IMG/VR virus record: IMGVR_UViG_3300028591_000076
Coordinates: 160,001-224,000 of that record
Reading direction: 5' to 3' (one strand)
Source: a virus
Taxonomy: Duplodnaviria > Caudoviricetes
DNA: 64,000 nucleotides
The notes under the pieces were generated by a model that saw only the letters and a list, made by a program, of their open reading frames with translations, was not told where the DNA came from and searched no databases. Made by a program: the position numbers and the translations under genes. Shown piece by piece: positions 38,413 to 46,579 of the stretch (the stretch's first letter is position 1; the number at the start of each line of letters is the position of its first letter).

Positions 38413-39261
38413 TTATCTTAATAACGCTAGTACATTTTGTGACTGTGAATTTGCTTGTGCGATCATTGCCGTACTTGCCTGTTGTAATACTTGATTTTTT
38501 ACATGATTTACAAGTTCTTGAGCCATATCAGCATCACGAATACGTGACTCAGCTGACTGAGTATTTTCTGCTGCAACATTAATACCTTTTTGAGCCATTT
38601 CCATACGATTTTGATAAGCACCTAAATCAGCACGCTGCTTATTTACATTCTTTAATGCTTCATCTAAAACTGCAATAGTTGTACTTGCCTCATCTGGTGA
38701 ATTGATAGAAATCTTTTCATCTGTTCCCTGAATACCAGTAAGTCCTAATGCCTGAGAAGTCATTGTACCAATATATGCTCTAATATTCTGGTCCGCATTT
38801 GCTCCAATTTGGAACTGCATAACTGTATCAGAATCTTTTGCAAATCTACCAGTCAAAAGTGACATTCCATTGAATTGAGCACTTGAAGCAATTCTATCAA
38901 CTTCAGCTACTAGCTGGCTCACTTCGACGGCAATTTGCATACGGTCTGCATCGCTATAAACGCTATTTGAAGCCTGAACTGCGAGCTCACGAATTCTCTG
39001 GAGAACATCTGTAGTTTCCTGTAAATAGCCTTCTGCTACATTTGTAAATGAAATTGCATCTCCAATATTTCTAGATGCCTGATTAAGACCTCTAATCTGT
39101 GAACGCATTTTTTCTGAAATAGAAAGCCCTGAGGCATCATCTCCAGCTCTATTAATTTTCTCACCCGAAGCGAGTTTTTCCATAGACTTCTGAAGAGCTT
39201 GAGTATTAAGTCCTTCCTGACGACTAGCAAAAAGACTAGACATGTTGTGTGATATAACCAT
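38413..39261 (-). CDS. flaB: Flagellin, spirochaete periplasmic flagellar core type
   Basis: [98 protein letters not shown]; 282 aa with no large variable domain, as in Treponema FlaB. Confidence 0.97.
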   Translation of the reverse strand: MVISHNMSSLFASRQEGLNTQALQKSMEKLASGEKINRAGDDASGLSISEKMRSQIRGLNQASRNIGDAISFTNVAEGYLQETTDVLQRIRELAVQASNSVYSDADRMQIAVEVSQLVAEVDRIASSAQFNGMSLLTGRFAKDSDTVMQFQIGANADQNIRAYIGTMTSQALGLTGIQGTDEKISINSPDEASTTIAVLDEALKNVNKQRADLGAYQNRMEMAQKGINVAAENTQSAESRIRDADMAQELVNHVKNQVLQQASTAMIAQANSQSQNVLALLR

Positions 39262-39283
39262 TATTTCTCCTTGGAATTTTTAT

Positions 39284-39295
39284 GACTTCCTTGTC
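39284..39295 (-). promoter_or_regulatory. CsrA-type GGA hairpin in the flaB leader
   Basis: Minus strand GAC-AAGGAA-GTC; a second GGA lies in the SD (AAGGAG). Confidence 0.55.
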
Positions 39296-39411
39296 CTTTT
39301 GGTATACTTAAAATAAATTTACTTTCTTAAGGAAATTATTTTCTTTCTATTTTTTATAAATTTTACTTTAACTTAAAATTAATTTTATTAGTAAATAAAA
39401 GTGGCTAGAAT

Positions 39412-39443
39412 AAATATAGCAGCCTTAAATGCTGCTATATTTT
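39412..39443 (-). terminator. Intrinsic terminator
   Basis: AAATATAGCAGC-CTTAAAT-GCTGCTATATTT. Confidence 0.7.
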
Positions 39444-39459
39444 AAAAGTTATTTAACTT

Positions 39460-39834
39460 TTACTTTTTTGTAATTTTATCAGCTTCTTCTACAATCTTAT
39501 CAGCAATTTCTTCTGCTAAAGTATCTGGATCAACTGATACCTTTTTAGTAAGAGCTGCTTTAACAGCCTTAAATGTCTGGAAAAGCAACGTATAAGATGT
39601 CTGTGTAAATGCAACAACACCACCCGCAAAAATAAGACGAAGTATAATAGACGCTTTATAGAATACGTCACCTGGAACAATATAAGTTGCTCCGAAACCA
39701 GCTGCAGCTGCAATAACAGCTGCAATAAGAGCCATTACAGCATCATTTTCCTTTACTTTAGCTGGAAGAAGCTTTTTAAGCCATTCTGTAAATCCAGCTA
39801 CACCCATTGCTATAATAAATGCAATTTTAATCAT
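39460..39834 (-). CDS. Holin-like 3-TM membrane protein
   Basis: VAGFTEWLKK, three hydrophobic helices, charged C-terminus; AAGGAG RBS. Confidence 0.55.
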   Translation of the reverse strand: MIKIAFIIAMGVAGFTEWLKKLLPAKVKENDAVMALIAAVIAAAAGFGATYIVPGDVFYKASIILRLIFAGGVVAFTQTSYTLLFQTFKAVKAALTKKVSVDPDTLAEEIADKIVEEADKITKK

Positions 39835-39861
39835 TTATTTTCTCCTTAAATAGGCTACTTT

Positions 39862-40554
39862 TTATTTTAAGCAAAAAGTAAGCCCAGTTAAATTTTTAAT
39901 TTCTTCAATATCTACTTTTTGTATATTAGCATTTTCATCATTAGAAAAAATATAGACTTCTTGTATTTCGCCATTATATATAAATACTTTAAAAAATGCT
40001 TCTGGTAAAACTGAATTATTTTTACCAACTCTTCTTAAGTCTTTTCCATATATAGGCCCACAAACAATAGTAACTGACATATATTTATTGGCTAATTCAT
40101 GTGCATATTTCTCATATTTTTGCCATATGCCTCTATTTAATTTATTATGTTGTGGACATATATTACAAGCTCGAAATGTATTTTTTGCTGATTCTACACT
40201 CCAGTCTCTATCATTATTTGGACACATATGTCCTTTATCTAATATAGAGCCAGAATTATTTTTATTATAATTTGAATAATCTGGTCTTGGAGCAGATTTA
40301 CATTTTACAAAATTACCTGATGGTCTAGTATTATTTGTAGCATCTGAACTTTCAGCGTCTTCAAAAGTTAAAGTCCAAATAACAAAAGTAGGATTTTTAA
40401 AATCTATATCATACCACACTTCATAAGTATCATGATTATGATATTCTAGGTCCTTTTTGAAATTTACTTCAACTACTTCATTTGCAAATAAATGAAATGG
40501 TAAAAGGAACCAAAGTAACACTAAAAGTTTTCTTGTAAAATATTTATTATTCAT
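39862..40554 (-). CDS. Exported DNA/RNA non-specific endonuclease (NucA/EndA-like)
   Basis: Signal peptide; LDKGHMCP, NICPQH.KLNRGIW..YE, VCGPIY, LPEAFFKV. Confidence 0.9.
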   Translation of the reverse strand: MNNKYFTRKLLVLLWFLLPFHLFANEVVEVNFKKDLEYHNHDTYEVWYDIDFKNPTFVIWTLTFEDAESSDATNNTRPSGNFVKCKSAPRPDYSNYNKNNSGSILDKGHMCPNNDRDWSVESAKNTFRACNICPQHNKLNRGIWQKYEKYAHELANKYMSVTIVCGPIYGKDLRRVGKNNSVLPEAFFKVFIYNGEIQEVYIFSNDENANIQKVDIEEIKNLTGLTFCLK

Positions 40555-40579
40555 AATATGTAAATATTAAATTGGCTAC

Positions 40580-40987
40580 TTATTCATCCCAATCAATATC
40601 TTCTTTTGCTGGAGACGCTCTAGAAGCTGCGGTGGGAACGCCTTTTCTAGTACCCTCAGAAGGTGGCGCAATATTTGTTGCTTTTACAATAGTTTGCTTT
40701 TTAAGGCCTTTACCAACTGCTGAGCTAATCCAAGCTTCTTTTACAGTAATTCTATTACTTGGTTTCTTAAAAGTTCTTTTTTCTACTGAGTCTACGATCT
40801 GTAATGTAACTCTAGCTTGTGGTCTAACATTAAGTACATCATCCTCGTTTAAGATATCACCGATTTGTAGTTCATTCTGTGATGTGCCATAAAAAACTTT
40901 TCCTTCAATATTAATAACCTTATAAGTTTCGCCTACTAAAGGAAATACTACAAATAATGATAGAACCAATATAAATAATTTTTTCAT
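40580..40987 (-). CDS. Exported FecR-N-like protein of Treponema type
   Basis: Signal peptide; VINIEGKV..LQIGDIL; C-terminal TAASRAS..KEDIDWDE. Confidence 0.55.
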   Translation of the reverse strand: MKKLFILVLSLFVVFPLVGETYKVINIEGKVFYGTSQNELQIGDILNEDDVLNVRPQARVTLQIVDSVEKRTFKKPSNRITVKEAWISSAVGKGLKKQTIVKATNIAPPSEGTRKGVPTAASRASPAKEDIDWDE

Positions 40988-40998
40988 AAAAATCTCTC

Positions 40999-41163
40999 CT
41001 AGACTAATAAATCAATTTTATTTTGAAGATTTGCTTCACTTTTTTGTTTATCTTCTATTCTTTTTTGATTTAGCTCTTTAATTTTTAAATTAAGCGCCTT
41101 TAGAGTTTTACCTTCTAATTGAGCTGCTAAAGATGGCGGCTGAACTATCGTACTAATCTTCAT
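40999..41163 (-). CDS. Small 54-aa protein ending NKIDLLV
   Basis: Below the track cutoff; AAGGAG RBS; MKISTIVQPPSLAAQLEGKTLK... Confidence 0.65.
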   Translation of the reverse strand: MKISTIVQPPSLAAQLEGKTLKALNLKIKELNQKRIEDKQKSEANLQNKIDLLV

Positions 41164-41336
41164 ACTACACAAACTCCTTTTTTATAGTAAAAAGATTCCT
41201 TTAATTAAAGGAATAATAATAATATAATTAGAATATCCTTATTCTAATTATATTAAAAATTAGTCTTCCCACCTTATTATATACTAGCTTATAATATGTA
41301 AAAATATCTAATAGCGCATTAAAATAGCTCGTAATA

Positions 41337-42746
41337 TTAAGTGAACTCTATTATACCATCTGTACATTTTATTGTTAATACAGCATAACTATCCCAGTTT
41401 GGCATTTTTTTAATTTTTTTCCAGTCATTTTTACTACCCGCATAGTTAATAGTTAAAGTAGAATGACTAAAAGCATAATTATCAATAAATTTAAGTGTTA
41501 TTGGTAAATCCAAAGACCTCAAATTATATAGATATGAAAATGCTGAGTTACCTATATGTGCTAAGTTTTCACTTATAAATAGAAAATCCTTATGTGACCT
41601 ATTAAATACAAAATCTTCAATAAGAGTAACTGTATCGGGCATAACAAATTTCGCGTTTTCAGTTACCAACTTAATTGCTGTTTTATTTTTATTATAAAGA
41701 ACGCCATCTTCAAAAGTAAAATTTGGATTTTCTGATGTATCAATATTTATTAAATTATTACAGCCACTAAATGCTTTAGCATGAACTTCCTTTAATGATT
41801 TAGGAAATTTTACATATAGAAAACTGCCATTATGAAAAGCATCATGTTCTAATCGCTCTACCCCTTCTACTATATCTACAGTATCTATATTTTTTAACAT
41901 ATTAAATGCAAATTGATAAATTATACCTTCTATGCCACAACCAAATAATGGATTTAATATAACTTTATCATTCCGCGCTAACTGGCTACTTGATTTAACA
42001 ACTGTAGGCTTCTCTATATAGCTAACTCCAAGCCATTCCTTAATATTTCTTTCTGTAATATTAAACTTAGATAATGATAAACTTTCATCATCATCTTCAT
42101 TTTCATCAGGCTGGTTCCATATATGATAAGTTGCTGTTGCCATATCACTAAGATACATACCAGAATAGTCTATATTACCATCATCATCTTCATAATTTTC
42201 TTCATTTGGCGGGCCATCTTCCCAGTTTGTAACTTGAATCATGTATTTTAAGTCATCTGGGCCCGCATCGCCTTTTCTAATAACTAAAATAAATCTATCA
42301 CCACCATTCTGATATCTATACCAATATTCATTATTATCTTTTGTACCGATACACCATTTAGCGCCTTGACCGCCACATTCTATCGAATCACAGAATACAG
42401 CTGCTTCATAATTATCTACTGTATAAAAAAGCCAATCATTATTTTCATATACTAAGTCAAAGCCTTCTTTGCCCTCAAAAAGAGATTTTCTATCTCTACC
42501 TATTAAATCTTGATACGCTTTTTTCTTATTTTTAGTATTAGAATTATCCGCTAACTCTTTAACTTTTTCAAAATTTTCTATAGTAACTTCATCTTTATTC
42601 TGCCAATTAATTTTATGGCTATATTGCTGCCCTATTGGCGAATCAAAAAAGTTTATCCATTTTTCTTTTTCATTATCGGAAATATCTAATTGATTTATAA
42701 ATCTAGCTTTACTAGCTTCTCTAAGTATATTTTCAAAAATAATCAT
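41337..42746 (-). CDS. Protein with IFENILREA leader, CGGxGAKWCIG domain and C-terminal BspA-type (TpLRR/LRR_5) repeats
   Basis: Repeats such as MPDTVTLIEDFVF and LPITLKFIDNYAF; the N-terminal domain is shared with 59013-60371. Confidence 0.7.
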   Translation of the reverse strand: MIIFENILREASKARFINQLDISDNEKEKWINFFDSPIGQQYSHKINWQNKDEVTIENFEKVKELADNSNTKNKKKAYQDLIGRDRKSLFEGKEGFDLVYENNDWLFYTVDNYEAAVFCDSIECGGQGAKWCIGTKDNNEYWYRYQNGGDRFILVIRKGDAGPDDLKYMIQVTNWEDGPPNEENYEDDDGNIDYSGMYLSDMATATYHIWNQPDENEDDDESLSLSKFNITERNIKEWLGVSYIEKPTVVKSSSQLARNDKVILNPLFGCGIEGIIYQFAFNMLKNIDTVDIVEGVERLEHDAFHNGSFLYVKFPKSLKEVHAKAFSGCNNLINIDTSENPNFTFEDGVLYNKNKTAIKLVTENAKFVMPDTVTLIEDFVFNRSHKDFLFISENLAHIGNSAFSYLYNLRSLDLPITLKFIDNYAFSHSTLTINYAGSKNDWKKIKKMPNWDSYAVLTIKCTDGIIEFT

Positions 42747-42769
42747 AATAATAATTAGTTTTTAAAAAC

Positions 42770-42858
42770 ATATATTAATGGCGCTACGCAAGCCTAAGCT
42801 ATATCTCTTCTTAATGTACATTAATTAATATAACTTCATTTTCAAAAAATTCACATTT
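42770..42858 (-). repeat. ~90-bp intergenic element, copy 2
   Basis: Near-identical to 26515-26604. Confidence 0.9.
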
Positions 42859-42869
42859 ATTTATATTTT

Positions 42870-43259
42870 ATGATATTGTTAATTTTAATTAAAAGGATTA
42901 AATATATGTTAAACGCAAAAAAGTCATTTCGTATATATAAAAAAGCTATTAGTATAGCATATAATGACTTTCTAAAAAACTTTTTAGAAAATAATATTAA
43001 AAAATATGCTAAATCTGGTTATGCATCTTTTAGAATATTTATATGTGCGGAAGATAGCGCTATGGTAGAAAAATGTATACCATATATTTCTAGCTGTGGC
43101 TATAAAATAACACAGGTAGATGGCGAAGTTTTATTTTATACGGATGATAATTCCAAAAATAAAGGATTAGGTATACCTTATATGTCAGCCGCATTTAATG
43201 AAAATGCTTGGTCTTATAGAAAAGCTGGCGGATATACTTATGAAATTTCTTGTTATTAA
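42870..43259 (+). CDS. Hypothetical protein (true start probably MLNAKK)
   Basis: AAGGA RBS before the internal ATG. Confidence 0.55.
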   Translation: MILLILIKRIKYMLNAKKSFRIYKKAISIAYNDFLKNFLENNIKKYAKSGYASFRIFICAEDSAMVEKCIPYISSCGYKITQVDGEVLFYTDDNSKNKGLGIPYMSAAFNENAWSYRKAGGYTYEISCY

Positions 43260-43287
43260 AATAGTTAATTTAATTATGAGGTAATGC

Positions 43288-44145
43288 ATGAAACAATATT
43301 TAGATATGCTCCAGAAAGTTATGGATACTGGAGTTTGGACGCATAATAGAACTGGTATTGATACTATTGCTATGTCTGGATGTATGTTTGAACATGATAT
43401 GTCTACTGGCTTCCCGATTCTTACAACAAAGAAAATGGGACTTAAGAATATCAATGCTGAATTAGAAATGTTTATTAAAGGAATTCATAATAAGGAATTC
43501 TTAAAGGAACGAAATTGCCATATCTGGGATGAATGGGCCAGTTCGGCTATTGTGCCATATGGAAATGATGAAGAGACAAAAGCTAAAATGGCTGCAGAAC
43601 CAGAATTAGGTCCAATTTATGGTTTCCAGTATCGCCATTTTAATGGGGATTGGCGAAAGGATGAAGGTGGCGTTGACCAGCTTAAAAACTTAATTGATAC
43701 TATTAAGAAAGACCCAACTTCAAGACGACTTATTGTTAGCGCTTGGAATCCTCAGCAGCTAGATGAAATGGCACTTCCGCCATGTCATATGATTTATGAA
43801 GTACTTTGTTATCCAGACCAGAAGAAAATGGACCTTATGTGGTTCCAAAGAAGCTCAGACGCATTCTTAGGCGTTCCATATGATATTGCATCTTATGGCA
43901 TGTTACTAACACTTATTGCTAAAGAATGTGGATATACTCCAGGAAAGCTTATTGGATATTTTGGTTCATTCCATGTTTATAAAAATCAGATTGACCAAGT
44001 AAAAGAACAGCTTACAAGAACGCCACATAAACTTCCAACTGTAGAAATTACAAATTGGAAGTCAATTTGGGACTGGAAATATACTGATTTCGAATTAAAA
44101 GATTATGAATGCGATGGTAAACTAACTGCAGCAGTTGCTGTATAA
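43288..44145 (+). CDS. thyA: Thymidylate synthase
   Basis: RTGIDT, FPILTTKK, IWDEW, LGPIYGFQYR, SRR, ALPPCH, QRSSDAFLGVPY, HVY. Confidence 0.97.
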   Translation: MKQYLDMLQKVMDTGVWTHNRTGIDTIAMSGCMFEHDMSTGFPILTTKKMGLKNINAELEMFIKGIHNKEFLKERNCHIWDEWASSAIVPYGNDEETKAKMAAEPELGPIYGFQYRHFNGDWRKDEGGVDQLKNLIDTIKKDPTSRRLIVSAWNPQQLDEMALPPCHMIYEVLCYPDQKKMDLMWFQRSSDAFLGVPYDIASYGMLLTLIAKECGYTPGKLIGYFGSFHVYKNQIDQVKEQLTRTPHKLPTVEITNWKSIWDWKYTDFELKDYECDGKLTAAVAV

Positions 44146-44152
44146 TTTGAAT

Positions 44153-44177
44153 GGACCACTTATTAGTGGTCCTTTTT
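44153..44177 (+). terminator. Terminator after thyA
   Basis: GGACCACT-TATT-AGTGGTCC-TTTTT. Confidence 0.8.
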
Positions 44178-44203
44178 AATTATTACATTCACTAATTCAT
44201 ATT

Positions 44204-45109
44204 ATGAATAAGGAAATATTTGAGTCAATATATAGAGAGTCCCAAAAAGACGAAGATTATGAACAGCTAAGTTATCTATTTAATAAATGGAATAGCCTAC
44301 GTACCCAAACTAGTGAAGCATATAATTATGCTAAAAGTTTTTCAGATGGCGACAATTTTATGGATGCTCAAAAAGTTCATGGGTATAGAGGTGCAAAAAA
44401 TTTTCAAGATGCTAGCTGGCATAGATATGCATACTTAAAAGCTGAAAGAGAAAGAACAAAGAAAGAGTTTGATGAACTTTTATCTAATTGTCCAGACTTT
44501 AATACTGATGACGCAAATAGATTATGTAATAATGAACTTGCTAAGTATATAGATAATCTAGATAAAAAAGGTCTAAGAAAAAATACTGTAGGTATTGAAC
44601 AAGATGAAAGCCTACCTCATATAAATCAAAATATAACAGTAGAAGTTAAATCACAGAAGCTTAGTGCTATTAGAGACCTAAATGGTAAACAAGGCGCATT
44701 TGTAAATATTACTGGTAAAGATGGACTAAGCTATTCATTCTGGCTATTTGTAAATGGTAATAGTGAACTTTTTAAGGATATGCGCGCTATTAAATCTGTA
44801 TCTGGAATAGTTAGTAAAATCAATGATTTTCATGGAAATCCATCGATAATGCTTAAACAAGTAAAAATTGAATATGTAGATATAAATATTTATAGTGAAA
44901 CTGAATTTCAGGATTTCTATGATAACTTAAATCCAGAGCCTATAAAAGTTGAGTCTGAAGAGGACTTACCAAAAAATGCAAAATTATTTAAGACCTGTAT
45001 TAAAGAATATAGTCATGGCTACATATATGGTGCAATAATTAAAAAAATTTATAAAGCTGATGACTTATATTATTTTATAGATAAATCTTGGCAAGACTCA
45101 ATGGACTAA
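44204..45109 (+). CDS. Protein with IFESIYRES leader and an OB-fold-like segment
   Basis: NGKQGAFVNITGK...VSGIVSKINDFHGNPSIML; ACTAATT lies 6 nt before the ATG. Confidence 0.55.
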   Translation: MNKEIFESIYRESQKDEDYEQLSYLFNKWNSLRTQTSEAYNYAKSFSDGDNFMDAQKVHGYRGAKNFQDASWHRYAYLKAERERTKKEFDELLSNCPDFNTDDANRLCNNELAKYIDNLDKKGLRKNTVGIEQDESLPHINQNITVEVKSQKLSAIRDLNGKQGAFVNITGKDGLSYSFWLFVNGNSELFKDMRAIKSVSGIVSKINDFHGNPSIMLKQVKIEYVDINIYSETEFQDFYDNLNPEPIKVESEEDLPKNAKLFKTCIKEYSHGYIYGAIIKKIYKADDLYYFIDKSWQDSMD

Positions 45110-45115
45110 AAAGTA

Positions 45116-45139
45116 AAAGGTTGGTAAATACCAACCTTT
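45116..45139. terminator. Bidirectional terminator
   Basis: AAAGGTTGGT-AAAT-ACCAACCTTT. Confidence 0.75.
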
Positions 45140-45164
45140 CTTATTTATTCCAAAATTTTAATAT

Positions 45165-45617
45165 CTAGGCATTATCTGGATAATACGTAAGCATTTTATC
45201 TTCATCCATCATTGATGCATCAATAAGGCCAGACCTTTTATCTTGAATAGCAATTCTTATTTCCCATCGTCTTCTAGCCATATTAGCAGTAACTTCACAC
45301 TTTAGAATATTGATAGTAGGAAAAACCTCACCTGTTTCTTTTATTAGTAGCGACTCTATTACTTTAGCATTATCTGCAGATAATGGTCTTTTAATAACAT
45401 TTCTAACTAAAAATCCACCCATTGAAGGTCGTCTATGATAGTCATTCATATCAGACATAAGCCAAATTTTAAAAGCTTGAGTAACACAGGCTAGGTCTTT
45501 TACAAGTATTGAACCATTAGAGTCTATATCCTTAAAGTTTACATCAAAATAATTTATTTGGTCTCTGATAGATTTTCTTAAACTACTTATTTGTTTTGCT
45601 ATGCTTGAACTTACCAT
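45165..45617 (-). CDS. Baseplate wedge subunit, T4 gp25-like
   Basis: D..CVTQAFKIWL.S...DYHRRPSMGG.L...P pattern; in the tail operon. Confidence 0.7.
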   Translation of the reverse strand: MVSSSIAKQISSLRKSIRDQINYFDVNFKDIDSNGSILVKDLACVTQAFKIWLMSDMNDYHRRPSMGGFLVRNVIKRPLSADNAKVIESLLIKETGEVFPTINILKCEVTANMARRRWEIRIAIQDKRSGLIDASMMDEDKMLTYYPDNA

Positions 45618-45636
45618 ATAATATTACCTCTAAGCT

Positions 45637-46557
45637 TTATGCTTCATCGCTTCTTTTTCCAACTTTGGAGCTATTAGCAGATAATGACTCATTTGCTGTT
45701 GATTTTGTTTCGCCCTCAGCTTTTGCAATAAATGCTGCCTGATGGTCAGGATTAGTACTATCTGCATTATCTTCATATTCATGCCATGCCCAAGCAGTAA
45801 ATGGCTTCTTACCATTACTGTACCAGTGCTTAATAGAGCCATTAGCACAATATTTTTTATTATTTATAATCTTATCACTAGTACATGACTCATCGCTACT
45901 TCTAGCGCCACCAAATCCTGGATTATTAGTATTATTCATAAGCTCTTCATTATTTAATACATATTGTCCAGCTTGTCTATTATAGTAGAATGGATCAATT
46001 TCAGAAAACTTATAAGAAATAGTTATTGTATGCTCACTCGCTTCGCCCCATTTAAAATTAAAGCCATTATCACTAAACTTTGTAGGCATTAAATTATAGA
46101 TACGAAGCCAAATAGTTGGCTCTGACTCCATAATAGGAATTGTTGATGAATTATTTACAATATTTTTATAATGATATCCAATAAGCTCTATACTTTTAAA
46201 TCTACCATTAGGACCTATCGGTAAAAAATCAGCATTAAAGTCATACCAGTTATTTAACCAGTCTATATGAAATTTTTCTACTGACCTATATACATCTTCT
46301 ACCCATGTTATCGAAATTTCATCTGATATATCCGCACTTTTTATAACAGGCTGCTTATTACCATTTATTTCATAGCTGATAATAGGCGATTCTACTTTTA
46401 TTCCAGCTATTCTATAGGGTATATCACTAAAGCTTCTACCAATAAATGATGCGAAAAATAAGTTGTTACTTGGAGCTTCTAGCTCTTGGAGAAAATCAAT
46501 TACGTCTCTCTCATAGAGAGGTATTTTATTACTATATATTACGCCTGTATCGCCCAT
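45637..46557 (-). CDS. Tail-tube-fold baseplate/tube junction protein (gp48/gp54-like)
   Basis: NNLFF..RIAGIKV..ISITWVED...FHIDW...YNLMPTKF...ITISYKF. Confidence 0.55.
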   Translation of the reverse strand: MGDTGVIYSNKIPLYERDVIDFLQELEAPSNNLFFASFIGRSFSDIPYRIAGIKVESPIISYEINGNKQPVIKSADISDEISITWVEDVYRSVEKFHIDWLNNWYDFNADFLPIGPNGRFKSIELIGYHYKNIVNNSSTIPIMESEPTIWLRIYNLMPTKFSDNGFNFKWGEASEHTITISYKFSEIDPFYYNRQAGQYVLNNEELMNNTNNPGFGGARSSDESCTSDKIINNKKYCANGSIKHWYSNGKKPFTAWAWHEYEDNADSTNPDHQAAFIAKAEGETKSTANESLSANSSKVGKRSDEA

Positions 46558-46579
46558 ATTTTAAATTAGTCCTATTTTA

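Noticed and set aside
38413-39261. Host chromosomal flagellar locus or prophage boundary
   Set aside because: No other flagellar operon genes or integrase; flanked by genes with phage promoter motifs and uniform composition. A read-level check is still advisable.
41337-42746. Diversity-generating retroelement target
   Set aside because: No reverse transcriptase and no TR/VR pair differing at adenines in the window.
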